DNA from: Dipteris shenzhenensis
Lineage: Eukaryota
Direction: 5' to 3' (one strand)
Assembly (NCBI GenBank): GCA_047967505.1
Contig: CM106538.1
DNA length: 64,000 bases
Made by a program: the position numbers and the translations under genes. Every line of letters begins with the position of its first letter. Position 1 is the first letter of the stretch. The notes under the pieces were generated by a model, which saw only the letters and a list, made by a program, of their open reading frames with translations, ran no database searches and was not told the origin of the DNA. Positions 36,091-47,883 of this stretch are shown piece after piece.

Positions 36091-36339
36091 GCGGGATCAT
36101 CTGCTAATCGGCGATAGAGTGCTGTCGGCTACTCACGGGTGCGGCTATGGCACGTCTCTTGGTCATAGCTCGCGCCTAACCAAGGCTACCATGATCCTTG
36201 TCAGTCGGGCTCTGACTCTAAACAGGGAGGGGATATCCCCAAGTGTAATCTGTGTGTCAACCCCCTGTTTGAGCTGTTAGGTCACTAGCTCTGGGTCACG
36301 GTCATGTTGAGGCCTTGTCTCATGGGGGTCCATGTGATC

Positions 36340-36720
36340 TAGCTGAAAAAACTCCGTGATAGAGCTCTGAGAGGGATCATCCAAGGAAAAAGTTTGCTCC
36401 TGTCTCCGTGCTCAAAGTATCCTCTCGTGGTGTCTGAGTACCTCATGAATGAAGCCTGCCCAACATCGCTGGTCTGGGTAGCAGAGGAATCGGGCCAAAA
36501 TCCCATAGCTATCTCTGAAGAGGCAGTAGAAACGCCCTCGGATCTCATAGTAAACATGACACCTGAAGATGAAGTGCTCCTCTGTCTCAACCTCCTGCAT
36601 GTCACATAATGTGTGCATATGCACCTCTCCTTGGGTAGTCGCTCTACTTTGCCACTCTCGATACGAAGTCTATGTAAAGAGACCCGAAACTGCCCAATAG
36701 AGATCCTGAGTGAGAGAGGG
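36340..36720 (-). mobile_element. LINE 3' fragment (C-terminal CCHC domain)
   Basis: HRLRIESG...CTLCDMQEVETEEHFIFRCHVYYEIR. Confidence 0.75.
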
Positions 36721-36939
36721 TGGGTGTGAGGAAATAATGCTCAAATGAAGACATGAAGAAGGCTTTCATTCATTCATCAAGTATGACAAGATAAGTGAAG
36801 TACAAACCTTATATAGGCTACTCACTCACACACTAGCACCTAGTGCATATGGGATAAGTCCCATAATGACACGTGGCACTCACACACGACTCACACACAT
36901 GAACTAGTACTAGATCACCTAGTACTACACACCAACACA

Positions 36940-37400
36940 CTCTTTGGCTATGATATCTCCAATAAGAGTGGCCCAAAATTGTGCCCCTCCTGAAAGAGAC
37001 AATAGTATTGTCCTTGGATCCCATAGTAGACTAGGCAGGTATATAGGAAATGCTCCTCTGTCTACACTTATGCCAGTGTGCATAACCACTGCTCTCTATG
37101 CGTGCTTGTGGCTTTCCCTGCCTGGATCCTCAGCTGAGTGAGACTCGCAATTTGTCCGATGGCAATCCTCAATGCGCGTGAAACCTGTTTGTCCTCTTGA
37201 GACTGGGTTTGATAATCACTCCATTCTCTAATACTTTCAAAAAATGGTCATGGTAGAATTTGGTTCTTGGTGGGGAACTCCTGGTCCCCCCCACATGTCT
37301 GTGATGTATAGAGCTGGAGTAGATCCAAATGTATGAATTGGTTGATCTCATCTCGTGGGATCAGGGGAGACGGGGCATCCAAGCTGTACTGGAAGGGGGG
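36940..37400 (-). mobile_element. LINE 3' fragment, second diverged copy
   Basis: KFYHDHFL...RIAIGQ...EEHF..CLVYY; homologous to 36340-36720 and 38600-39120. Confidence 0.65.
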
Positions 37401-37670
37401 AGATAGTCCATGAGAGAGAGAGAGAGAGAGAGAGAGAGATGTTATTGTGTTTGTATTGTTATGTCTGCGTTTGTGTACGTTGTAATAAAGGGGCTTGACA
37501 TTCTAGGGGAAGGCACTATTGTTTAAAAAAAAACCCTCTCAAATTTTCCTAGCATAAATATGCAATTTGAATTCTATGATTGTCTGAATGTGGTGCTGAG
37601 GTGTCTAGTTATGTGTCTTTGCTTCTTTTTGTGTGTGTGTGCGCGCCGCATGTGCATGTGTGCATTTCTC

Positions 37671-37707
<37 letters not shown>

Positions 37708-38599
37708 TGTGGGGGTGAGGGTCACATTAACGGGTTTGCATGTCATGATGAGGCTGTATATGTGCAGTAAAGGAGCTTGATATTCCAGGGGAAGTTACTA
37801 CTGTCAAAAGTTTTCCATTCGAATTTCCTAGTGTGGAAATGCAACATGAATCCTATGTGGGTCTGAATGTGGTGCTGAGGTTAGACTCTAGCTACTTCTT
37901 TCTTTTGTTTGACTCATTACTTCAGCCTGCTACTGAGTGAATCTGCACTACTTGATATCTATGTGCTTTCAGTATAAAAAGAAAGAAAGAAAGAAAGAAA
38001 TATTAACGTCTGCGAGAGGCCTCGCGGGCCTATGAGACAAAGTGCGAAGCCAAGAAGTACCTCATACAAGCCAGAGAGGGCTGAAGCAAAGGCCTTGCTG
38101 AGAACTGAAAACTGAAAAACTGAAAAACTGAAAGAAAAAGCTAACATGCTAACATGCTCAGCTAGTGAGCAAAGCAAAACACTAGAGTAGCAAAGTAACA
38201 GAAGCATGTTAGGTGCTTAGGGCTAGCACTCCTAGTACGTGCTCAGGTTCCATATATCCAGGTAACCTGGTGGCACTCTGATGAGATGTGAGAAGCTCTC
38301 GTATCTGTGTCTGTTGAGCTGTCTCGCGACGTGGGGGAGGGTGTGGTCTCCTTGATCTCTGGATCCGGTGGGCTACGTCAAGGGTGATGCCTCGTCTTTG
38401 GCGGTCACTTCTGAGAGGGGATGAGATAGGCCGGACCTCGATTGTGTGTACTTTGGGCTCTCTCCGTGTCGTACGTGGAGTGTGTGTCACTCGTCTGACC
38501 GCATCCTGGTGGACAGTCCTGCTACTGATTCATGATGCTATTATCTCATCAAGCTCCTCTCCCTCAGCTACACTGGCAGCTGACTCCGATGCATAGAAG

Positions 38600-39120
38600 T
38601 CTGTGATTTGTCGATGGTGACCTGTGGCATCAGTCCATGCTGCTCTCTGGCCTGTTGCATCAGTGTGTCTCTTTGTCGGCGCATCTCAAGTAGGTAGAGC
38701 CCAACACACTCCTGATCATGGAAATGTATCAGCCGTGTGAGTGGACCAAAGCCATGCCCCTTCTAGAAGAGGCAATGATATCGTCCTCGGATCTCATAGT
38801 AGACCGGACAGACACATAGAAAGTGTTCTTTGTCTCGATCTCCCCCATCTGGCATAGTGTGCAAGTCCTCTGCTCTCTGGGTATGCCTGTAGCTCTCCTT
38901 GTGTCAATCTGTAGCTGATGTGATGAGACTCGTACCTGACCAATGGCGATCCTCAGTCATGTGAAACTCTCCTGTCCTCAAGATACTGAGGTCTGATGAT
39001 GACTGTGCTCTGAGCCTCAGGAAGTGATCATGGTAGAACTGGAGCTTGGTGGAGAGATCCTCTCCCCCCCAAGCCCTAGATGTATGGAGCTAGAGGAGGT
39101 CCATCCGTATGATAGTGGAA
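38600..39120 (-). mobile_element. LINE 3' fragment, third diverged copy
   Basis: FYHDHFL...EHFLCVCPVYYEIRGR. Confidence 0.65.
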
Positions 39121-42100
39121 GATGTTCTTGTTATTCTTGATTTGAATTGCAGGAATTCAAGATGAAGTGTGAAGGTCCAATGGCAGGATCAAGGCTCATC
39201 ATGTAGATTATATTTTTTCAAAGCTTGATAGTCATAATAAAACCTTTGAAAGAGAAATTTGAAAAGAGAGAAACTATATGTTGTGGTCTGTATAGTGAAT
39301 AACAAAAACTGTAAGAAATGGAGACGTTACAATGAGATCATGCGCCTAAAATATATTGCACAGCAAACAATACTGTTACTCATAGTAGATGTCACAGTAT
39401 AGGTTGGGACACTGGGCGCCAATATGGATGTCTGCTCGATGAAAAATGCAGCCTTGTTCTAAGTTGAACATGTATATCTGCTAATAGCTTTACATTTAAT
39501 GTGTGCATTGGCAAGTTATGCATTTGGGCCTGATGGGGGAGTCGCTCATTGTCTATTACTGCATTCTAAGCCTGATGATTCTATCCTGTATGTTTTTCCG
39601 AAAGCCACAGATGCAGCTGTGAAAGAGATTGCAACGTCATCCCTAAACAAGAAAATTGAGTATCCAATGATAGCTTGGTACACAAAAACGCAACATTTAT
39701 AGAAAATAGAAGCAATAATATCAAAAGATCAATAAACAACATTATTTTGTAATATTATAACCTGTGTGACACTAGATGTAAAGATCCTTTAGGTCTCGAG
39801 ATTTCGAACATTGATTTCCTGTCCATATTTCAAAAAACATTCTGCTACATGGTAAAGCTTGTTCTTATGTATTATTTGTGCTTAGAGTGAATATATGATG
39901 GAAAATACATTATTTGGTTTGCTTGATACATAACTTTGGATTTTGTTTTTCTTGGACTAGTGTCATTTATATGGTGTTGTTGTAGAAGCTTCTCTCCACA
40001 AAAGGCTTACACATCTTAGAGGAGAGCTGTCGACATTGCTGTTGGGTCCCACTCTAGGTGTGCAAGTGCTAGCCTATTGTTTCATTGCTTCATGCTCTGT
40101 GATTGTGCTGATACCCTTGGTCACAAAGGAACCACCGTATTGTTCTGAAGCGGTTACATCAGAAGTCTTTTGCATGCCCAGCAAATTGTCTCCTCATGGA
40201 AGATTGTTGTTAAACATTAGAGGGGAGCGAGAGGATGCAGGGAGCCATGTCTAAGCCCAAAAGTTTCATGGAAGTCACATGCTTTGGGTTGACCGATCAT
40301 CTTTGAGAAAAAGACCAGACCTTCGCAACCATGTTTTGGAGGTCCTGAAACCAGCCTTCAATTATTTCAAAGGGCAGTAATAGCAGATTGGCAGCTAGAG
40401 TGCCGCTGCACCAAGACAAAGACACAGATTGGCCCCAAATCTTGGCGCCCTTTCGATATTTCTTTAAGTGAGAGGCCCTGAAATCCAGGCTACATACAGG
40501 ATACACTCCTTACAACTGGAGCATTCCACATCCCAGTGAGCAACCACATACCTTGCATAGCCCTTATTTTTCACTGCTCTCACTACCCCCGGCAGTAGGT
40601 CTCCATCCCTAGTCCAGGAGGCTTGCACCCAGCCCAGAACTGTTACTAGCAGCCCACTCAGCCACTCAGCTCCCCACAGCTGTCACTAGTGCCCAATTAG
40701 CGAACTATCCGCTCCAAGCAGAAAAGGGAAAGCATACACAAGCTTTCTCCACTGTCCAGGACTGTCATCTCCAATAGTCTCTCACCCAATTGACAGCATA
40801 CATCCTGAGACATCAACTTGATTTCCATAAGAGAACTGGCATCACAACGAAGCAAACACTAAGGCAGTCACACCTGTACCATCCCTCGCGCCCGGGATAC
40901 TTCCCATTCCCGGCATGGATTTCCCGACCCCTGCCTACTCAGCAATGGGGCTGGACCAAAGATGTGCCATCTGCCTAGCAACCCTTGCCTGCATGTGACC
41001 CATATCCTAAAGAAACCAAAGCATAATCTCTACTGAAAGTGACCTCCATCAAGCATAGCTATTGGAGCATCCATTTCAGGTCCAAAACACCTGCACTCAG
41101 CTTAGGCCTGTTCCTAGCAACCAGTACTTGGTCACACAGACTCCCTTAGGATGGAGGTCATAGCTATTGGAGCATCCATTTCAGGTCCAAAACACCTGCA
41201 CTCAGCTTAGGCCTGTTCCTAGCAACCAGTACTTGGTCACACAGACTCCCTTAGCTGCTTTGAGTGCCCTCTTAGCCATTCACCTGCTCAGGACAAGGAT
41301 ACACAACTAGCATCCATTGGCAATGCTTCATACTCTGGTAGGCATCAATGCCCCATGCTTACACTTTGTTATGCATTGGCTCTCACCAAGCTTAACAGTA
41401 AGCATTTAATTCTGATCCTGCAAAAAGCCCTCAGCCCAAGACTGTTTCTAGTAGCCTTACCAGGCCACAGTCCATACAAGTGAACACAACCTGCCCTTGC
41501 TTTCTTGCATGTGCAGCAATCTGTACGGACCTGAGCATCTGTACAGCCTGTAATTGGCATGAGTACCGAACAGCTGTACGTCTCTTGCAGCCTGTGTCTA
41601 TGCCTGTAATTCCGTACAGCCAACCTGTACAGCCGTACAGTGGCTCTGTACACAACTGCCCGTACACCAGTGACGCACATCCATGTCGTACAACAGCGTC
41701 TGTAACACCTATTAATTGCTAGTACTCGCAGGCCATACTATGCATCCCGTGTACTGTCTGTACCAAACAATGAGCTGTCCGTATAGAACTGTATGTCATC
41801 CGAACACCGCAGATGACTACAACTGTGCATAGGCCATACAAAAACTGTATGGGACTACGCCAGCATTAATTATTGCCCGTGACCAGTTTCATACAAAGGC
41901 TGTACCAGCCTGCAATCCTTGCATTCGTGCACCCATGCTCAATGGTAGGCAACCAGTCCGTACAAGCGTGTGGATATCAACCGTACTCAGCCCGTACTTA
42001 AGGTACACACAGCCAGCAGTGTCTTCTACAACCGTGTAGTCCTCGGCTCCCGTGCGTGCCATAGCTCTTTTTCGTAGGCGCCAACTCCCGCGGGCTCTCT

Positions 42101-42700
42101 CCCTCCTCCCGTGAACTTTTGTGCGCCATTTTCTTGCTCAAGGCCTTCCTTGGCCTTCCTTTCCAAAAGGGGCTGCATGGGCTTGCCACGTGGCATTGCC
42201 TTGGGCTGCCCCCAAGGGCCTTCAATACCCCCTAGCCCCCTCTAGTGGGTCCTTTGTAGAAGGTGCTGTGATATGATGCAGGAATCTATTGGAATTGAAG
42301 GAGCGATTATTTTTGCATGATTCCCATCTTGTTTGGCACTTCATGCATACTGTGTATGCATGTCCCAATGATGGTGCCAAAATTTGAGAATATTTGTGCA
42401 GAGTAGAGAGTGAATGTGCTGAAGAAAGAGGGGGATGGAGGAGATTGTTTCAGCGAAGTAGCTCTTGGGAAGTGCTCTGTTGTAGACTTCTATTTCTTTG
42501 GTTGCATTGTGGTCTGCACGTGAAGGCAAATGGTGGTAGTTCTGATTTGATCTCGATCTCCTTGTTCTCCTATATAAATTCTTATTTTTGCAGAAAAATA
42601 TTGCCTCTTCGAATAAAAGAGCATGGTGATTGAGGTGAGAAAAACACGCCATATTCCCAATATATCTTGCAGCTCATCACTCTGAGAAATCTTGCCACAG

Positions 42701-42767
42701 GTATGTTCTGAAGTTGACTATTGTACGGGGTTTTGGCTTGTCCATAATACAATATAAGGATTTCTGG
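42701..42767 (+). CDS. VPS26: VPS26 (retromer subunit), internal exon
   Basis: AG/GT bounded; (R)YVLKLTIVRGFGLSIIQYKDFW; phase is consistent with the next exon. Confidence 0.85.
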
Positions 42768-42861
42768 GTATGTAGCACTGTGACTTACAAAGTCTCTATT
42801 GTCTTGCTAAATTGACTATAACAAGCCTCACTAAAACCACATTGAACATTGTGTGTTCCAG

Positions 42862-42906
42862 GTAAGAAATCCTTCGCCATTGCCAGAAATAAATAACAGT
42901 ATCAAA
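42862..42906 (+). CDS. VPS26: VPS26 internal exon
   Basis: AG/GT bounded; VRNPSPLPEINNSIK. Confidence 0.88.
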
Positions 42907-43056
42907 GTAAGATGTTTGGTCAATTAGCAATGTTTTTTGAGATCTGAATTCAGTTGCTGAACACATTTTGTCAGTGATTCGACAGTTGAAAGATATTGTA
43001 TCAGGATTTTCTCATGAGATACTTATTTTCTGAACTATGCTTTGGAACTGCTCCAG

Positions 43057-43112
43057 ATGGAAGTTGGTATTGAGGATTGCTTACATATTGAGTTTGAATT
43101 CAGCAAAAGCAA
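43057..43112 (+). CDS. VPS26: VPS26 internal exon
   Basis: AG/GT bounded; signature MEVGIEDCLHIEFEFSKS(K). Confidence 0.95.
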
Positions 43113-43292
43113 GTAATGAAAACTTCTTATTCTCTTCTTTCTTTTTTTCTTTTGCTCTTAAGCACTTCATCAATTGATTTAACTTAAAATTGTTTTGCTG
43201 TTATTTGATATGAAAGACATGGGCCATTGCCAAGATCATTACCATTGAAAATTCTTTAAATCTAACATGGGCAGAAGATGTCTATCCCTCAG

Positions 43293-43468
43293 GTACCATT
43301 TGAAGGATGTAATCATTGGGAAAATCTATTTCCTACTTGTTCGCATAAAAATAAAACATATGGAACTTGAAATCAGGCGGCGAGAATCAACAGGTTCAGG
43401 GGCAAATACTTTCCATCAAAGTGAGACACTTGCCAAATATGAGATTATGGATGGTGCGCCTGTTCGAG
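43293..43468 (+). CDS. VPS26: VPS26 internal exon
   Basis: AG/GT bounded; YHLKDVIIGKIYFLLVRIKIKHMELEIRRRESTG...DGAPVR(G). Confidence 0.96.
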
Positions 43469-43626
43469 GTATGAAGATGTGTAAGTCAATCTGTTTCTCT
43501 AATTGGATACCATGAACTGTATAAAAACAGTTGATTAGTGAAAGATTAAAAATATGTGGTAATTTAGTTAGTTGCATAGTGCTGACATTGATTTTTAAAT
43601 GCTGTATTATTTTGGGTTTTGTACAG

Positions 43627-43802
43627 GGGAGTCCGTTCCCGTTAGGCTGTTCTTGAGCCCGTATGATGTGACTCCTACTTACAAAAATGTCAACAATAAA
43701 TTTAGTGTACAATATTTCTTGAATCTTGTGCTCATAGATGAGGAAGGGAGGCGGTACTTTAAGCAGCATGAGATAATCATGTATCGTTCTGACCATACAT
43801 AA
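43627..43802 (+). CDS. VPS26: VPS26 last coding exon
   Basis: ESVPVRLFLSPYDVTPTYKNVNNKFSVQYFLNLVLIDEEGRRYFKQHEI...stop TAA. Confidence 0.96.
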
Positions 43803-45639
43803 ACTAGGATACACTCCCCATTTAAGAAAGTCAAAAAGTTTCATTGTGATTAAATCAGTTTGCAACGTTTGTTGGGTTGATGAAATAATTGGGCAGCACC
43901 TTCTTTTTGGATGTGGAAGATTATCACAAGGTTTGTCAATCTGGCTTCCCAGTACCGATCTTGATGTCCCACAATTATACCATGCTGGGTATCTATGGTA
44001 GTGGGCATCATCATCCTTTTACTCGTGCAAAAATCTGTGCAGGGGAGAATGAACATTTTTTTCAACCACTGTGTTGTGAGAGGTAATTGCTGGTAATTAA
44101 TCTGTAGCTAACAGGCATGGTTGCCATATTCTTGGCTTGATGACAGGATTAGTAATTTGTTGAGCAGAACAAAGCATAGGATAACTCAAAGGACATTGTC
44201 CACTTCAGCTTCTGATGTATTTCTTGAGAAAGGTATTAGATATACGAATAAAGCACCTAAGACATGATGAGGGGCGTATCTTCTTTGACTCTCTCTCTCT
44301 CTCTCAGAGAAAAGAATGATGCTTTCTTTCCTTTCTGTCCTTTCTAGCCAGATGATTTATTGTAATATTGTAGTCTGGCAAAAGCATTCGATGTGACAAT
44401 ATTTGTTAGTTTACTGTAAATATCAATTTGAGGACCAAGTGTTGAACATTTTTAAAATGGACATCCATCAAATTGAGGCTGGGTAGGTTCTTTACATACT
44501 CCTGCATTCTTTCACATAATGCAAATACCTTTATAAGTGTTGAGTCCTACTCATTTGGCATTGATTTTAAGGCAACTATAAAATTGGAAAAATTTAAAGG
44601 TAAAATTTCATGTCTTTCCACAAATGAATTTATAGATTGGTGCAATTATAAATATCTAGAATACATCTACATATGCACCAGTTACATTAACATACATTAT
44701 ATGCAAATTCTGCTGAAAACTTACCAAAGGTTGATGCTTTGTACATGTAGCGCTTTTATTTATAAATGAGCAAACAAGAAATCCATAGAGTTGGATCCCT
44801 TGGGAGTGTGCGTTATTAATCTATAAAGATGAATTTATGGAAACTACAATAACAATCTAGGGGTTTTGGTGGGTTTTCTTGAAATATATGATTATCAAGT
44901 TGTTCTTTAGTGCATTTGAAACATCATCGGAAAGTAATTAAAATTCTTTAAGGTTAATCGCAATCAATCTGATGAGCAATGATTTGAGGTTTGCCAATGG
45001 GTGCAACTTTTTCTATGGCATGATGTCAAGAATTGATGGGTGGTGTTCTTCTAGTTGCTCGACTTGGGTTGAGGGCAAAGAACCTAGCTTCCTTGCCCTC
45101 AACCATGTTTATTAATTTTGAGGCTCCCAATTCCATTGAATGAACTCGTGTGTCCAATATTGCAAGTTCATCTCTTTAGGTGATATTATTTTTATGGTCC
45201 TTGTGTTGTTGCTTTGGTCTTTCATATTCTTTTATGTGTCTCCCCTCCCTTGTCCCCTTGTCTTTTTGCGACACTAGTCATATCCCTTGTTGCATGATTA
45301 TGTATCGCTAGTTCTAAATCGGTCAACACATAGAGATCAAGGCCTTGTCCTCTTGTACACTATCATATTCCTCCTCTATTCCAATGTGCCAAGTTCATCT
45401 CTATATATTGTTAAGGTCCCATTGTGTCGCTTTGATCTTTTGTGTTCGTTTTATTGCTCATGAGTATATGCATGAAAAGGCGGACACAAAACCTATGTCT
45501 TGGACTACGGTTGGGGCAAGTGGTTGTGTTGGGGAAACAATTCAATTTTAGATTGCTATTAACTTATATTATGTAAAGTATCACATAGCATGTCATCATT
45601 AGGTGAAATTTGAACTAAGTGGAAAAGAAACTGAAGCGT

Positions 45640-45671
<32 letters not shown>

Positions 45672-47419
45672 TCTCTGTCTCTCTTCTTGGACCTTGACAT
45701 TTATTATACATTGGGGTCTCTGGGTCTTGCCTCACAATTGTATTAGCCCCTTGCTTCTCTCAGTCCTTACTCGGCCCCCTCTCCCCTCTCTCTATCATTA
45801 GTTAATTGAACAGACACATGGCAGATCCTACTCATAGATTAGTTGATGGGCTACGGGAGCAAGCCCAATATACTTAGGAGCACGTTTTTAGAAAAGTTGG
45901 CACCATGCAATTGTTGGAGGAGCCTTCCAAAAGAAGCAGACCTTGTCTGGAGTAAAAGCCAAGCTTTTGGCCATTCTTGGGCACCTTTGCATCTAGATTC
46001 TATAAATTGATCCCAAGGGTTGCCGTTGTACTCAATTAGTTGCCTAGCCTTGATGCACCTTGCTCGTGTTGTTCCCTCCTAGCCTTGATGTACCCTGATC
46101 TTGTTCCCTCCTAACGTTTTTGCTACTTCAACCTTGTATCTCCTTGTTTCTATGCATAGTATATCAATAGCATGTTGCTTCTCCACGTATTCTCTTCTAT
46201 TCTCTTGTAGAAGACGCGTAGATCTTGCCTTCCCTCTTGTTTATGGTGATTTGTTGCACACAAACTCCATGAGAGTTGTGTTTGTGTTGCGTGGTGGTTG
46301 GGTGTTGATGCATGCTCTCGCTTTCCATCTGTGTATGTGGAAGTTGTGAGGCTCTACGCAAAATCTCTTTGTGTGTGAGAAGAAGCACTGGTTTGTCCTT
46401 TTGGATGGTGCATACATGCTCATACATGATCGAGTATTATGCAGGAGATTTGGCTCATCCATGCTGAAAATATTTTGAGGTATAGTGAAAGTGTTGCCCA
46501 AACTTTCCTTGGTGAGTGCGTCTTTGTGTGGTTGAGGTTGGTGCTCCGCGTCACTTGTTCTTGCATAGCCCTCTATTTTTGCTAGCTTGCAATAGGTTGT
46601 GTGTGAGAGTTAAAAAATGCTCCCAACATATGAAGGGCATCAAGATAAACTTAGTAATGCTTCGGCAGTGAGAGAGAATTTTGTGCTGAGTGCAAATAAA
46701 GACAATGTAGAGAAGATTAACTTTTACATCATCAAGTGCATGGAAGAGAGATATTGCCAAGGATGTTGTTTAAGATGGCTGGGGGAAGGGCCCTTTTATG
46801 CAAGAAAGGATGACAAGACCTATGAATTGTTGCATTACATACGAAGCTACAAATTTATATATTCGCATCTAGTTCAAGCCATCACGTCCTCAATTGGTCT
46901 GACACAAAAGTGACCAAAGATTATGGCCTTATTAACTTTAGAGAAATCCCAATACCTTTCTCCATCCTATGAAACTCTGTTTTGTTTGTGCTTTTCAGTC
47001 AGTGTATTCACATGAATAAAACTCTTTTTGTTACTCTCTTGGAAGCATTGAGAAGAAACACATGCTTTTCTTATACCTTTTTTTGTCTCAAACCAGTGCT
47101 TCATTAAGGAGCATATTGTTTCTTTCTCTCATTCAGTTTTTTCAAAAAAAAAAACCATTGTTTCATTTGGTAGGCAACTAGGGTAAGAGAACCACTTGAG
47201 AAGGACGTATCTTTTTGGTATTTTTGGATGTCTAAATACAATCGGTAGGTTGAAGAGTTAAAAGAAACTTCATAATGAGTCAGAATTATGAAATTGGGAT
47301 GAGTGATAAATGATAGGTCCTCTAAGTTGCCTAGGTAGCCATTAAAGACATACTAAAGAATACCAAGGGGGAGGTCGACAAAGAGAATAGCTCCTATCCA
47401 CTTATGAAGTGGGAGATAC

Positions 47420-47516
47420 CATATGTATATACATACATAAATACAAACGTGCGTGCGTGTATGCGTACATACGTACGTGCGTACTAGCGTGCACAGACTC
47501 ACACACACACACATAC

Positions 47517-47549
<33 letters not shown>

Positions 47550-47605
47550 TATAAATATAAATATAAATATAAATATAAATATAAATATAAATATATATAT
47601 ATGTT
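47420..47605. repeat. Compound microsatellite (CA)n/(CATATA)n/(AAATAT)n
   Basis: Directly visible simple repeats. Confidence 0.9.
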
Positions 47606-47679
47606 ATAAAAATATAAAATAAGTCATATTCAAAATCTTTTTCTTTTATTATGTCTGACATACGTGATCTTCAAAAGAT

Positions 47680-47883
47680 GATTTTATGTGCAAAATTTTA
47701 TGATTTTGACATCACTAGTTGGCCAAATCCCGTTTTTGTGCAAATCTCCTATTTCGGGCTATTTTGCCATTTTTCGGGCCTGTGGGCGTCGGTTTTTGGT
47801 GCCTTCAGGGTCAATTTGGGGGGTTTTGGCCCACTCCGGACACACTGGTGATGTTAGAATCGTAAAATTTTGCACAAAAAATC
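47680..47883. mobile_element. MITE-like element with ~40-bp inverted repeats
   Basis: 47680-47719 is an imperfect reverse complement of 47844-47883; no TSD established. Confidence 0.55.

Noticed and set aside
34096-36720. Twin-priming 5' inversion joining the plus-strand EN-RT to the minus-strand CCHC end
   Set aside because: The geometry is wrong: the inverted part would lie downstream of the 3' tail. These are probably separate insertions.
36725-36937. Short solo LTR (TG...CA with a TATA-like motif)
   Set aside because: Flanks do not form a TSD and there is no second copy in the window.
39150-39860. Candidate upstream VPS26 exons (AG/GT-bounded segments)
   Set aside because: Translations show no similarity to the VPS26 N-terminus and some contain stops.
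39980-42262. TTGTAGAAG direct repeat as a 9-bp TSD around the unclassified 40-42 kb insert
   Set aside because: No terminal inverted repeats, poly(A) or recognisable coding domain support it; it could be chance.
45570-46913. Possible decayed LTR and integrase remnant
   Set aside because: Only a weak WLGEGPF resemblance; no boundaries, PBS or TSD.
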